Assembly: GCA_040755415.1 (NCBI GenBank)
Contig: JBFMAZ010000013.1
Coordinates: 10,877-74,876, forward strand
Direction of reading: 5' to 3'
Origin: Thermodesulfobacteriota bacterium
Lineage (GTDB): Bacteria; Desulfobacterota; QYQD01
DNA length: 64,000 bases
A model generated the notes under the pieces. That model ran no database searches, was not told the origin of the DNA, and was given only the letters and a program-made list of their open reading frames with translations. The translations under genes were made by a program, and so were the position numbers. Of this stretch, positions 37,469 to 48,250 are shown piece by piece (position 1 is the stretch's first letter; the number at the start of each line of letters is the position of its first letter).

Positions 37469-40294
37469 ATGGCCAAGAAAAAGAATCAAGAGGCATTTTC
37501 TCAGTTATATCTCGCTAATGCCCTAGAAGGCGAGGTTCAGGCATGGGTAGAACAGGGCTGGTCTGGGGTTACTCAGACCACCCTGGAGCTTTTCAATTAC
37601 TGGTTCAAAAGGGATGAAGATGCCACGGAAAGGTTTCACCCCTGCCAGCAGAGGGCCATTGAGACCGTCGTATATTGCCATGAAATCCTTCAAGCCAAGA
37701 CCCTGCCGGAAGTATTTGAGAGGGTAGCCCCGGAGGCTATTTATCAACACCTTCCATTGAAACAGGAAGTGGAGACCATCCCCTTCCCTAAGTATGCCTT
37801 GAAGATGGCAACCGGATCCGGGAAGACATGGGTGCTGGCTGCCCTCCTTGTCTGGCAATATTTCAATAAGCTTAAGGATGAGCGTCCTGGAAGTTATTCT
37901 TACCGTTTTCTGGTTGTGACCCCTGGGCATGAGGTCTTAAACAGGCTTCTTGATTCCTTTAAAGGGAAAAGGGACTTAAAGACAGACAATAGATTGCCTG
38001 AGACATCGGATTATAAACGCCCTCTGTTTATGCCCGAAGGGTCACTCTGGCGTGAAAGATTTCATCTGGATATCCTTGAGCCTGATGATGTTAAGCCTAA
38101 CACAACACCACCTGACGGTCCCTTTGTCTTTATAACCAACTGGCAGCAGTTCAGGCTTAAGTCCTCTGTATCCAGTTTATGGGATCAATTCACAGGCGCT
38201 GATGTTGAGGAAATGCCGAGAGGTGAGGTAATAGCCGATTTTCTCTCTGAGTATCCTGACCTTGTGATAATGAATGATGAGGCCCACCATGTGCATGGGA
38301 AGAAGTCTGCAAAAGGTGAAGAACTTGTCTGGCGGCAGTTTATGAATGTGCTTTATGCGAGGTTGAAGGAAAACCACAAAAAAGAACCGGGCGTATTTTT
38401 ACAGATTGATTACTCAGCCACCCCATTTTATGGAAGCGCAGAAAAAAGGGAATATTTCCCGCATATTATCTATAACTACGACCTGTTAAGCGCCATGCAG
38501 GACATGTTGGTAAAACAGCTTTTCCTTGAGCAACGACAGGCTATTGCCGGGGAATCTTTAGAAGAACTCGACTTTAGGGCTGAAAGATATGAGGCAGAAG
38601 GCGGCCATAAGAGGGGTGAAATAAAGGCCCTCTCAGCAGGACAGAAATTGTTGCTTGATATCGGCAGGAAAAAACTTGAACAACTTGCTGTTGAATTTAA
38701 AAAGAAGGGCATAACCAAAAAGCCCGTTATGATGGTCCTGTGTGAAGACACAACGGTTGCCGACCTTACAGCCGAGCATTTCGCGAGACTTACGGATGAA
38801 AACGGTCAGTATTACGATGGCACCAGGGCCCTCGTTATCCATTCCGACCTCCCTGGTAAGGAAATTGAAACAGCGAGAAAGAATCTCGACAGAATAGATA
38901 TAGATGATGATCCGCTAAGGATTGTCATTTCTGTTCTGATGCTCAGAGAAGGTTTTGATAAAAACAATATATGCGTTACCGTAGTCCTCAGGGCAACAGA
39001 GGCTGACTTATTGCTTGAGCAAATAGTCGGCAGAGGCTTGCGGCTGATGTTTCCGTCTTATGAATATCCGGAATTACAGGACGCAAAAGCAAAGGCTTAT
39101 CACCAAATAAAAAGAAAGAAAAATCCCTCCAACTCCTTTGATTTTCTTTTTGTCGTAGAGCATCCGAGATTTATAGAGTTTTATAATAAGCTTAGAGAGC
39201 AGGGATATGTATTCGGAGTGGGCGATACGAGTAAAGAGACATCAACCGGCGATATTATCCCTGTCGATGCCGTAACAGAGAGGATTCCTCTTTTTGATAT
39301 CGCCTGGCCCATACAGGTCTTTGACGAAGGAAAGATGCCCGAACTTTCGCAGATTGATATTAAAAGCCTTCCTAAGTACCGGGTTGACTTTAATCAACTA
39401 AAAAAATACCTCTCAAAGCTCATTATCCAGGAAACTCACGTGCAAACCGGCGCAAAGACAAGGGCCTGGAAATTGGACAATGAGTACTTTGACTACTCAT
39501 TTTTCTTAAGACAGGCATCAAAGGCCGTGGCTACGAGGGGAAAGACATCGATTCTTTCAGCAAAACAGGCGCAGATTGCCGAGACCATTGATGAGTATGT
39601 GTCAGAATATTGTTTTGGCAAACCCATAGATTTCTCCTCTCCGGAAAACTATCCGGTTCTCAACTATCAGCCTGTCTTCGACCATGTTGTCGAAGCGGCG
39701 AGCAACTCTATTATCAAACTCATCGAAGGCCATAAATTTGAAGTTAAGAAGGGTACATGGGGAAGACTATGCGATGTCCCGCGCATTATGGTAAGAGAAA
39801 GTAAATCGGTTGATACCGAAAGAAGCATTTACCCTAAAAACGGCTATCAACCAAAAGGTGGGGGATTTGAAAGAGATTTTATGCGGGAGGCGCTCAACAA
39901 CTCCGCCGATGTGCTTGCCTTTGCAAAGTTGGATAGACGGCATAAACTTAAAATTACCTATAGAGATGAGACAGGTATATTGAGAAATTACGAGGTTGAC
40001 TTTATAGTTAAGGCACCGGACAAAATATACCTTGTTGAAACAAAGGCGGACAAAGATATTGATAACCCTAATGTCGCCGTCAAGGTGCAGGCTGCTACCG
40101 CCTGGTGTGAGCAGGCGTCATTGGTGCCGCCACCGGAAGGTATGAACCAACCCCAACAATGGGAATATCTTATTCTTTCCGAAAGCCTGTATAAAAGTAA
40201 TAGGGGACTTTCGTTTGAAGCGCTTGTGCCTTTCTGTAAAGGGCTTAGGGATAATATTATTGCCAGGGCAAAAAGCCAACTATTTTTGTTCTAA
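37469..40294 (+). CDS. res: Type III restriction enzyme Res subunit (SF2 helicase + C-terminal PD-(D/E)xK nuclease)
   Basis: Walker A KMATGSGKTWV, DEAH box VIMNDEAHHV, motif VI QIVGRGLRL, C-terminal ...YEVDFIVKAPDKIYLVETKADKD nuclease-like motif. Confidence 0.8.
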   Translation: MAKKKNQEAFSQLYLANALEGEVQAWVEQGWSGVTQTTLELFNYWFKRDEDATERFHPCQQRAIETVVYCHEILQAKTLPEVFERVAPEAIYQHLPLKQEVETIPFPKYALKMATGSGKTWVLAALLVWQYFNKLKDERPGSYSYRFLVVTPGHEVLNRLLDSFKGKRDLKTDNRLPETSDYKRPLFMPEGSLWRERFHLDILEPDDVKPNTTPPDGPFVFITNWQQFRLKSSVSSLWDQFTGADVEEMPRGEVIADFLSEYPDLVIMNDEAHHVHGKKSAKGEELVWRQFMNVLYARLKENHKKEPGVFLQIDYSATPFYGSAEKREYFPHIIYNYDLLSAMQDMLVKQLFLEQRQAIAGESLEELDFRAERYEAEGGHKRGEIKALSAGQKLLLDIGRKKLEQLAVEFKKKGITKKPVMMVLCEDTTVADLTAEHFARLTDENGQYYDGTRALVIHSDLPGKEIETARKNLDRIDIDDDPLRIVISVLMLREGFDKNNICVTVVLRATEADLLLEQIVGRGLRLMFPSYEYPELQDAKAKAYHQIKRKKNPSNSFDFLFVVEHPRFIEFYNKLREQGYVFGVGDTSKETSTGDIIPVDAVTERIPLFDIAWPIQVFDEGKMPELSQIDIKSLPKYRVDFNQLKKYLSKLIIQETHVQTGAKTRAWKLDNEYFDYSFFLRQASKAVATRGKTSILSAKQAQIAETIDEYVSEYCFGKPIDFSSPENYPVLNYQPVFDHVVEAASNSIIKLIEGHKFEVKKGTWGRLCDVPRIMVRESKSVDTERSIYPKNGYQPKGGGFERDFMREALNNSADVLAFAKLDRRHKLKITYRDETGILRNYEVDFIVKAPDKIYLVETKADKDIDNPNVAVKVQAATAWCEQASLVPPPEGMNQPQQWEYLILSESLYKSNRGLSFEALVPFCKGLRDNIIARAKSQLFLF

Positions 40295-40363
40295 GTAAAC
40301 ACACAGAAGAAAGCGGCCCCTCCACCGTTAAATCAATCTCATAATCATGAGCCTAAGAAAGGC

Positions 40364-41161
40364 ATGCAAACAACAATGAACAATTTGATTCGTAAGATTC
40401 AGATAAATGTCCCTTTTGTCCTCCTCAAGAATAAATACCTGCCCATCATATTAAAGAACCGTATCAATCCAGAGATCGGCATAGATTGCCGGGCCCTGGA
40501 TGAATTTTCCCTGGATCAGTTTACAGAGATAGCACACCTCCTGCGTCAGGAAGACCTTTCGGTTACCCTGCACGCCCCTTTTATGGATATGGTACCGGGT
40601 TCGCCCGATCTACTTATGCGAAAAGCGACTATAAAGCGGCTACGGCAGGCATTTGAATTACTGCCGGTATTTGAGCCGCTCAGTATAATCTGCCACACTG
40701 GCTTTAACAGCCAAAGCTATCAAAATCAAGTCGATTCCTGGCTGGAAAGGAGTGTTGAGTCCTGGTTACCTTTGACAGAGCTGGCCCAGAGTGCGGGAAC
40801 AAAGGTGATGCTGGAAAACGTTTATGAGGAAAATCCAGACCTCCACGTAGCCCTACTCTCAAGGCTTAATTCACCCTGCGCTGGCTTTTGCTTTGATTTA
40901 GGGCACTGGCATGTGTTTGGCCGTACGGATATTGGCGAGTGGCTGGGAAAACTGAGGCCTTATCTGGGACAGCTTCACCTGCATGACAATTTAGGGGATA
41001 CCGATTCCCATCTAGCCCTCGGGCGTGGCAATATAGATTTCAGATCAGTTTTTTCCTGCCTGAAGAATTGCTCCCCTAAGCCGATAATTACCCTTGAACC
41101 CCATCGTGAGGAAGATGTTTTTAAGAGTGTAGAGGCCCTTAGCACCCTGTGGCCTTGGTGA
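40364..41161 (+). CDS. Xylose-isomerase-like TIM-barrel (sugar-phosphate isomerase/epimerase family) protein
   Basis: ...MLENVYEE...FCFDLGHWHVFG...GQLHLHDN... AP_endonuc_2-type metal-binding pattern. Confidence 0.65.
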   Translation: MQTTMNNLIRKIQINVPFVLLKNKYLPIILKNRINPEIGIDCRALDEFSLDQFTEIAHLLRQEDLSVTLHAPFMDMVPGSPDLLMRKATIKRLRQAFELLPVFEPLSIICHTGFNSQSYQNQVDSWLERSVESWLPLTELAQSAGTKVMLENVYEENPDLHVALLSRLNSPCAGFCFDLGHWHVFGRTDIGEWLGKLRPYLGQLHLHDNLGDTDSHLALGRGNIDFRSVFSCLKNCSPKPIITLEPHREEDVFKSVEALSTLWPW

Positions 41162-41345
41162 GAAAGGAACCCCGATGTGGTCCCCCCCTGCTTCAGCAAA
41201 TTTCGCTCAGGAACATCGGATTCCATAAAAAATGGGAGAAAACCGGAGCCATAAAGCCCTTGTAACACGAGATGCAATCTGGTAAGTTACGCAAGATTCG
41301 AAACTTATTTCTATGGGGCGATAGCCCGGGCTTGTTCTGCATAAA

Positions 41346-42482
41346 ATGGCACTAAACAGGGTTGAAATTGACCTCTCGGCCGTAGGGCATAACTTCAGAG
41401 AGGCAAAACGGCTGGTCGAGCCGGGAACGGCAGTTTTCCCGGTGGTAAAATCAGATGCCTATGGACATGGTCTTATTCCGGTTGCACAGGTCCTTCAAGA
41501 GCAGGGCGCCGATGGATTATTCGTCTCCATAATGGCGGAGGCCGTAACTTTAAGGCAAGCCGGCATCTGGGCTCCTGTTATCCTGCACCTGCCGGAATCA
41601 AAGCGGGACGCATTTGAGATTGTTGAGTTCAATATTTCTCCCGTGGTCTATAACTTTGAGCTTATAGATGCCCTTTCCAGGGAATCCCAAAATAGAGACA
41701 GGGTGGTAGGCATTTACATAAAAGTTGATACGGGCATGGGGCGCCTGGGTGTAAGCATAACTGATTTGCCGGCCATCCTTTCTTACGTTCGTGGAGAGGC
41801 CCGCCACGGCGAATCTTCGAAAGGCATCAAAGTCTTAGGGCTTATGTCCCATCTATCCTGCGCAGATGGTGGTGACCGGGACTACACTTTGATGCAATTA
41901 GATCGCTTTAATGAGGCCGTCGATATCGGCAGGCGTTTAGGGTTTGAGCTTCCTCAAAATCATATTGCCAATTCGGCCGGGCTGCTGGCTTACCCGGCGG
42001 CATGGATGAACCTGGTACGGCCGGGTATCATGATCTATGGTGCATATCCCGGTAAGGACATGCAAGGCGTAGCGGCACTAAGGCCGGTCATGACCTTTAA
42101 AAGTAAGGTGATCCAGGTTAAAAAAGTACCGGCAGGCGCCTCGATTAGTTATGGCCGGAGGTATGTTACACCCGAGGCAAAAACCATCGCTGTGGTGCCG
42201 GTAGGCTATGATACCGGATACAGCCGCTCTCTTTCCAACCGGGGAGAGGTATTGGTACGTCAAAAACGGGCGCCCGTGCTGGGCACGGTGTGTATGTGCC
42301 TGACCATGATTGATGTGAGCCACATTGAAGGCGCAGCCGTAGGTGATGAGGTGGTCATTTTCGGAAGACAGGGGGATCAGGTGATCTCCGTGGATGAGGT
42401 GGCGGACCGGGCCGGGACTATCAGTTATGACCTTCTCTGTGCGGTAGGCAGCCGTAATCCGCGACTTACAGTCAATCCTTGA
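41346..42482 (+). CDS. alr: Alanine racemase
   Basis: PLP-lysine motif VFPVVKSDAYGHG; 378 aa. Confidence 0.9.
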   Translation: MALNRVEIDLSAVGHNFREAKRLVEPGTAVFPVVKSDAYGHGLIPVAQVLQEQGADGLFVSIMAEAVTLRQAGIWAPVILHLPESKRDAFEIVEFNISPVVYNFELIDALSRESQNRDRVVGIYIKVDTGMGRLGVSITDLPAILSYVRGEARHGESSKGIKVLGLMSHLSCADGGDRDYTLMQLDRFNEAVDIGRRLGFELPQNHIANSAGLLAYPAAWMNLVRPGIMIYGAYPGKDMQGVAALRPVMTFKSKVIQVKKVPAGASISYGRRYVTPEAKTIAVVPVGYDTGYSRSLSNRGEVLVRQKRAPVLGTVCMCLTMIDVSHIEGAAVGDEVVIFGRQGDQVISVDEVADRAGTISYDLLCAVGSRNPRLTVNP

Positions 42483-42530
42483 CAACACAGCCAAACGGCT
42501 TATAAATTTAAAGACATTAATGGATTAGAG

Positions 42531-44195
42531 ATGCGAAAAAAACTACAACTATTAGTTTTAAATAGTATAAAGGCCTTTTTTGACCGGCAGGGAATAGAAT
42601 ATAAAGACGTTCCCGGCTTTCAACTTGAAAGGCCCAAAACAGAGGCCCATGGCGATTATTCGTCGAATGTAGCCTTAGTCATGGCCGGTTCTCTCAAAAA
42701 GAGCCCGCGTGATGTTGCTCAGGCGCTGTCTGAAGAGATAGAAAAAAGCGCCAATTTTTTGTCGAAAGTAGAGGTGGCAGGCCCGGGTTTCATTAATTTT
42801 TTTGTAAACGATAGCTGCTGGCGGGAGGCGTTAGCGGAGATTGACCGGGAGCGCAAGAATTATGGGCGATCTAAAATAGGCCAGGGACGAAAAGTACAGG
42901 TGGAATTTGTCAGCGCCAACCCTACCGGCCCTCTGCACATAGGACATGGGAGGGGGGCAGCCGTAGGAGACAGTCTGGCCAATCTCCTGGATGCAGCCGG
43001 ATTCCAGGTGGAAAGGGAATATTACATAAATGATATCGGCACCCAGATGGAGACCTTAGGGGCCTCCACCTATCTGCGTTACCGGGAGCTTTTAGGGGAG
43101 AAGGTTGACTTTCCAGCCAATTACTATCAGGGCGATTATATAAAGGATATTGGCCGGGCCATTATTGAGCAGGAAGGCCGGCGTTTTCTAAACGAACCTG
43201 CGGAGTCGGCCATACCATATTTTACCCGGGAGGCGCAGCGGGTAATTCTGGAGGGCATCAAGAGAGATCTTACGGATTTCAATGTCCTTCACGATCACTG
43301 GCTTAGTGAAAAGAGCCTTTTTGACACGGGTACAGTAGATAGGGCGATAGAAATACTTAAAGAAAAAGGGATGCTCTATGAAGCAGAGGGGGCGTTATGG
43401 TTTAAAGCCACGGCCTTCGGTGATGAAAAAGACCGGGTAGTGGTACGCGGGAAGGGGGCTACTACTTACTTTGCCTCAGATATCGCCTATCATCTCAATA
43501 AATTTGATAGGGGTTTTGACCTCATAATTGATATATGGGGAGCTGATCACCACGGTTATGTCCCGCGGCTTAAAGCCGCGGTTGAGGCCCTTGGCCTGCC
43601 CAAAGAAAAAGTACATATCATCCTGGTGCAGTTAGTAAATCTGATGCGCGGCGGCAGTCCGGTGGCTATGTCCACCCGTGCGGGTGAATTTGTTACGCTG
43701 CGCGAGGTTATAGATGAGGTGGGCAAGGATGCAGCCCGCTTCATATTCCTGACCCGGCGGTCGAACAGTCACCTGGATTTCGATCTCGACCTGGCCAAGA
43801 GCCAGAGCCAGGAAAACCCGGTTTATTATGTGCAATACGCCCATGCCCGCATATCCAGCGTTTTTGAGATGGCGGCAGAGAAGGATATCGAGCTATGGCC
43901 CTTAGCTAAAGTGGATCCATCCCTTTTGACTGCTCCGGAAGAGCTTCGCTTACTGAAAATGCTTTCTTTTTATCCTGAAGTAATCGAGGATAGCGCCACC
44001 ACCCTTGAGCCGCACCGCATAGCCTTTTATCTGGGCGATCTGGCCGCTGCGTTGCATAATTTTTATAATAAGCACCGCATCATCGGTGACAACGAGCCGC
44101 TTATGCAGGCCCGATTGGCCATGATCCAGGGGGTACGGCAGGTATTGAAAAATGGTCTTAAGACACTGGGTGTCTCGGCGCCGGATAAGATGTAA
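42531..44195 (+). CDS. argS: Arginine--tRNA ligase
   Basis: HIGH-type motif SANPTGPLHIGHGRGA; DALR anticodon-binding C-terminus. Confidence 0.95.
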   Translation: MRKKLQLLVLNSIKAFFDRQGIEYKDVPGFQLERPKTEAHGDYSSNVALVMAGSLKKSPRDVAQALSEEIEKSANFLSKVEVAGPGFINFFVNDSCWREALAEIDRERKNYGRSKIGQGRKVQVEFVSANPTGPLHIGHGRGAAVGDSLANLLDAAGFQVEREYYINDIGTQMETLGASTYLRYRELLGEKVDFPANYYQGDYIKDIGRAIIEQEGRRFLNEPAESAIPYFTREAQRVILEGIKRDLTDFNVLHDHWLSEKSLFDTGTVDRAIEILKEKGMLYEAEGALWFKATAFGDEKDRVVVRGKGATTYFASDIAYHLNKFDRGFDLIIDIWGADHHGYVPRLKAAVEALGLPKEKVHIILVQLVNLMRGGSPVAMSTRAGEFVTLREVIDEVGKDAARFIFLTRRSNSHLDFDLDLAKSQSQENPVYYVQYAHARISSVFEMAAEKDIELWPLAKVDPSLLTAPEELRLLKMLSFYPEVIEDSATTLEPHRIAFYLGDLAAALHNFYNKHRIIGDNEPLMQARLAMIQGVRQVLKNGLKTLGVSAPDKM

Positions 44196-44224
44196 TAAAT
44201 GACGGCGGTTAACAGGTAGGGAAT

Positions 44225-44875
44225 ATGGCTTCTAAAGGAAAGAAAGACCGGCGTATATACCAATTTGAGATCAGTCGTGGCGGATTAGTAGCCATGGGCA
44301 TAGCCGCCTTTGGCGTTCTTCTCTGGATGTTTATCTTTGGCATATGGGTAGGCCGGGATTTATTTAGCAGTGTTAACAAAGAATTTGAAGCTATGACCTT
44401 GCCTCCGGCGACGACTCAAGGTGGACAGCAACTTGAGGAACATAAACCCCTGCCGCCGGTCACCACTCCACAAGGAGAGGCTCTCTTAGGGCAAGAGATG
44501 GGCCAGGGCGGTCAACCTGTGCCAGGTCCTGAGGAGCCTGGGAACCTTCAAACAGAAGAGGCAACAGGTACTGAAAGTACAACACCTTCTCCGAAGGTAT
44601 TTTATACCTTACAGGTGGCCTCTCTTCGCGACGTAGCTAAGGCCGAAGAATTAAAGGCCGTGTGGGAAAAGAAAGGGTACGAGGTCTTTATTGTCAAGGG
44701 TGAGATACCACGGGCCGGTGTATGGTACCGGGTACAGATTGGGCGGTTTGGTACCGTAAGCGACGCCAATAGCGCTGCCAACCGTATAGCAGAGAAGGAA
44801 AACACAAAGCTATTCATAACTACGATTTCCATTCCGGTTCCCCCTGGCGAGGCTACCAAAGCAGCAAAGGAATAG
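44225..44875 (+). CDS. SPOR-domain (peptidoglycan-binding) membrane protein
   Basis: N-terminal TM helix, low-complexity linker, C-terminal SPOR ...FYTLQVASLRDVAKAEELKAVWEKKGYEVFIVKGE...WYRVQIGRFGT.... Confidence 0.75.
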   Translation: MASKGKKDRRIYQFEISRGGLVAMGIAAFGVLLWMFIFGIWVGRDLFSSVNKEFEAMTLPPATTQGGQQLEEHKPLPPVTTPQGEALLGQEMGQGGQPVPGPEEPGNLQTEEATGTESTTPSPKVFYTLQVASLRDVAKAEELKAVWEKKGYEVFIVKGEIPRAGVWYRVQIGRFGTVSDANSAANRIAEKENTKLFITTISIPVPPGEATKAAKE

Positions 44876-44878
44876 TCG

Positions 44879-45334
44879 ATGATCCGCAAGGCCCGCATAT
44901 CTGATGTCGCCAATATCCATCAATTGCTTAGCACATTTGCCAAACAAGGCGATCTACTGGGTCGATCATTAAGCGAGCTTTACGATAACCTGCGCGATTT
45001 TTATGTTTATCAGGATGGCGACCATGGGCCGGTCGTAGGTAGCTGCGCTTTGCATATCTGCTGGGAAGACCTTGCAGAGATCAGGTCTCTGGCTGTAGTT
45101 GAGGATTTCCAGAGGCGTGGCATAGGGAGAAGTCTGGTGGAGGCCTGTATCAGCGAGGCCATTACCCTGGGTATTTACAGGATATTTACCCTGACAAACC
45201 GGCCGGATTTCTTTATGCGCCTTGGATTTATAAAGATTGATAAGGCGACCTTGCCGCAAAAGATCTGGAGCGATTGCATAAAATGTTACAAATTCCCCCA
45301 GTGTGACGAGGTGGCATTGCTGTTACAGGTATGA
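44879..45334 (+). CDS. GNAT-family N-acetyltransferase
   Basis: ...IRSLAVVEDFQRRGIGRSLVE... acetyl-CoA binding motif A. Confidence 0.75.
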   Translation: MIRKARISDVANIHQLLSTFAKQGDLLGRSLSELYDNLRDFYVYQDGDHGPVVGSCALHICWEDLAEIRSLAVVEDFQRRGIGRSLVEACISEAITLGIYRIFTLTNRPDFFMRLGFIKIDKATLPQKIWSDCIKCYKFPQCDEVALLLQV

Positions 45335-45470
45335 GATGGTGGGGGCACTCAGCAGTCAGCGTGGAGAAATTTGCTGAAAGCTAATAGTTTGGGTATATTA
45401 ATAAAAAATATGACTTTAGCTTTTTGAAACAGTTATTAAGTCCGAAGGCTGACTGCTTCGAGATCAGGGC

Positions 45471-45630
45471 CAAATCCGAAATTCGAATATCGAAATTCGA
45501 AGCAAATCCAAATTCCTAATGTCTCAATGTTCAAAACCGCAGCATGAACAATTCGTTTTGGCAATTCGGATTTTGATCATTTGATATTGTTTCGGGATTC
45601 GTGCTTCGGATTTCGAATTTGAAATCACGC
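45471..45630. repeat. AT-rich palindromic element family 2 (cgaaat/ttcgaa words), diverged copy
   Basis: ccaaatccgaaattcgaatatcgaaattcgaagc ... gggattcgtgcttcggatttcgaatttgaaatc arms around ~70-bp centre. Confidence 0.65.
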
Positions 45631-45721
45631 TGTATCCTGGAATCCAGCGTATTTCGTGGCCCATAGCGTTTCAAAAACCTAAACTGTTACAATAAAAATT
45701 GATTATTAATTCGGTGTAAAG

Positions 45722-48250
45722 ATGATAGGCAGTCTATTAGCCAAGGTATTTGGCACAAAAAATGAGCGGGAAATAAACCGGTTAAGCTCAATGGTCGGTT
45801 ACATAAACAGCCTTGAGCCCGCGTTGCGTACTCTGGGCGATGAGGCGCTGCGGGGGAAGACGGCAGAGTTTAAAAACCGCCTGGTAAACGGGGAATCTCT
45901 CGATGATCTCTTACCGGAGGCCTTTGCCGTAGTTCGGGAAGCTGCCCGCCGGGTCCTGGGACAGCGCCATTTTGACGTGCAGATTATGGGCGGCATAATC
46001 TTACACCAGGGTAAGATTGCGGAGATGAAAACGGGCGAAGGGAAGACCCTGGTAGCTACCTTACCGGTCTATCTCAACGCCCTTATCGGACGCGGCGTAC
46101 ATGTGGTGACCGTGAATGATTATCTGGCCAGGCGCGACGCCGAATGGATGGGTGGAATTTATAAGTTTCTGGGCCTTTCGGTCGGGGTAATAGTGCACGG
46201 GTTGAACGATGCCGAACGCAAGCAGGCCTATTTTTCGGATATTACTTATGGCACTAACAATGAATTCGGTTTTGACTATCTCCGCGATAACATGAAGTTT
46301 AATCTTGACGATTTTGTGCAGCGTGATTTCTACTACGCCCTGGTGGACGAGGTCGATAGCATCCTTATAGATGAGGCCCGTACTCCTCTTATCATCTCCG
46401 GACCGGCGGAAGAGTCCACAGAACTTTATTATCGTGTAGATAAGATTATCCCAAAGCTCCGGGCAGAACAGGACTACGTGGTGGAGGAAAAAACCCGCAC
46501 CGTGGTCCTGACCGAGGAGGGTGTAACCAGGGCAGAAAAATTGCTCAAGACAGACAATCTCTATGATCCTAAAAACATAGAGACATTGCACCATGTGAAC
46601 CAGGCCCTTAGGGCCCATACCCTTTTTAAGAAAGATGTTGATTATATAGTCAAAGATGGCGAAGTTATCATCGTGGATGAGTTTACAGGCCGGCTCATGC
46701 CTGGTCGTCGTTACAGTGAAGGGCTGCATCAGGCCCTGGAAGCCAAGGAAGAAGTTAAAATTGAAAGCGAGAACCAGACCCTGGCCTCCATTACCTTCCA
46801 GAATTATTTCCGCATGTATGAGAAACTGGCCGGCATGACCGGTACGGCGGATACGGAAGCGGTGGAGTTTCAAAAGATCTATAATCTTGAGGTAGTCGTT
46901 ATCCCCACCAATATGCCTATGATCCGTACCGATTATCCGGATGTCATCTACAAGACAGAGAATGAAAAATTCAAGGCTGTCACACGGGAAATAAAGGAAC
47001 TTCATGCCAAGGGGCAGCCGGTTCTGGTAGGCACTATATCTATCGAGAAGTCGGAGCGCTTGAGCAGCCTCTTACGCAAGGAAGGCATCAGGCATTCCGT
47101 GCTCAATGCCAAACACCATGAAAAGGAGGCGGAGATCGTGGCCCAGGCCGGCCAGAGAGGGGCCGTGACCATCTCCACGAACATGGCTGGCCGGGGTACG
47201 GACATTGTCCTCGGCGAGGGTGTGTCTGAGTTGGGCGGGTTGCATATTGTGGGCACGGAGAGACACGAGGCCAGGCGCATTGATAATCAGCTGCGTGGCC
47301 GGGCCGGACGTCAGGGCGACCTGGGGTCTTCGCGGTTTTATCTCTCTTTAGAAGATGATCTGTTGCGCATATTCGGTTCAGAACGTATCTCCTCTATCAT
47401 GGAAAAACTGGGTATGGAAGAGGATCAGCCCATTGAACACACCCTGGTTTCTAAGGCCATTGAAAATGCGCAAAAGAGGGTAGAGGCGCAGAATTTCGAG
47501 ATCAGAAAACGCCTCCTGGAATATGACGACGTTATGAACCAGCAAAGGGGGGTTATATACAGGCAGCGGCGCGAGATTTTGGGCAGCGATAACTTGCAGG
47601 AATATACTGGAGAAATGATAGAAGATATTGTTTCGGCTATGGCGGATGCCGTGGTGGATGAAAAGAGTCTGCCGGAAGAATGGGACTTAAAGGAATTAGC
47701 AGATCGGTGTTACAGCCAGTTTTCGATTCACTTATCCTTTACCCCTGAAGAAGTCCGTAATTTAAACCGGAACAGTCTGGAAGAGCTGGTGCTGGCCAGG
47801 TTGAAAGAGGCGTATGCGGCCAAGGAAGGAGAGTTCGGTTCAGAAACACTCCGCTCCCTGGAGCGCTTTATCACCTTACAGACCGTAGATAGTCTCTGGA
47901 AGGATCACCTGCTCAACATGGATCATCTGAAAGAGGGGATAGGACTCCGTGGTTACGGACAGAAAGACCCCCTACAGGAATATAAGAAAGAAGGGTACGA
48001 GATGTTTATGGCCATGGTGGAACGCATAAAAGAAGAGACGGTTTCTACCCTCTTCCGCGTTCAGTTGGCCAGGGAGGCGGATTTAGAGACTTATCAGCGT
48101 CCCAAAAGGCAGGGGTTATCTTTAACCCGTGGCGACGAAAACGAAGGAGAAAAAGAACCCGTACGGCGGCAGACCGAGAAAATCGGGCGTAATCAACCCT
48201 GCCCGTGCGGCAGCGGCAAGAAATACAAGAAGTGCTGTGGAAGAAAATAA
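45722..48250 (+). CDS. secA: Preprotein translocase ATPase SecA
   Basis: [19 protein letters not shown]-terminus, Walker [10 protein letters not shown]-terminal zinc motif [14 protein letters not shown]. Confidence 0.95.
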   Translation: MIGSLLAKVFGTKNEREINRLSSMVGYINSLEPALRTLGDEALRGKTAEFKNRLVNGESLDDLLPEAFAVVREAARRVLGQRHFDVQIMGGIILHQGKIAEMKTGEGKTLVATLPVYLNALIGRGVHVVTVNDYLARRDAEWMGGIYKFLGLSVGVIVHGLNDAERKQAYFSDITYGTNNEFGFDYLRDNMKFNLDDFVQRDFYYALVDEVDSILIDEARTPLIISGPAEESTELYYRVDKIIPKLRAEQDYVVEEKTRTVVLTEEGVTRAEKLLKTDNLYDPKNIETLHHVNQALRAHTLFKKDVDYIVKDGEVIIVDEFTGRLMPGRRYSEGLHQALEAKEEVKIESENQTLASITFQNYFRMYEKLAGMTGTADTEAVEFQKIYNLEVVVIPTNMPMIRTDYPDVIYKTENEKFKAVTREIKELHAKGQPVLVGTISIEKSERLSSLLRKEGIRHSVLNAKHHEKEAEIVAQAGQRGAVTISTNMAGRGTDIVLGEGVSELGGLHIVGTERHEARRIDNQLRGRAGRQGDLGSSRFYLSLEDDLLRIFGSERISSIMEKLGMEEDQPIEHTLVSKAIENAQKRVEAQNFEIRKRLLEYDDVMNQQRGVIYRQRREILGSDNLQEYTGEMIEDIVSAMADAVVDEKSLPEEWDLKELADRCYSQFSIHLSFTPEEVRNLNRNSLEELVLARLKEAYAAKEGEFGSETLRSLERFITLQTVDSLWKDHLLNMDHLKEGIGLRGYGQKDPLQEYKKEGYEMFMAMVERIKEETVSTLFRVQLAREADLETYQRPKRQGLSLTRGDENEGEKEPVRRQTEKIGRNQPCPCGSGKKYKKCCGRK

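Noticed and set aside
46061-47005. 314-aa minus-strand ORF inside secA; similar long antisense ORFs inside the 26-heme cytochrome (21766-22326), ilvC (61493-62014) and argJ (48578-49093)
   Set aside because: They are antisense to strongly supported genes, with no SD and no recognisable motifs; typical GC-rich antisense shadows.
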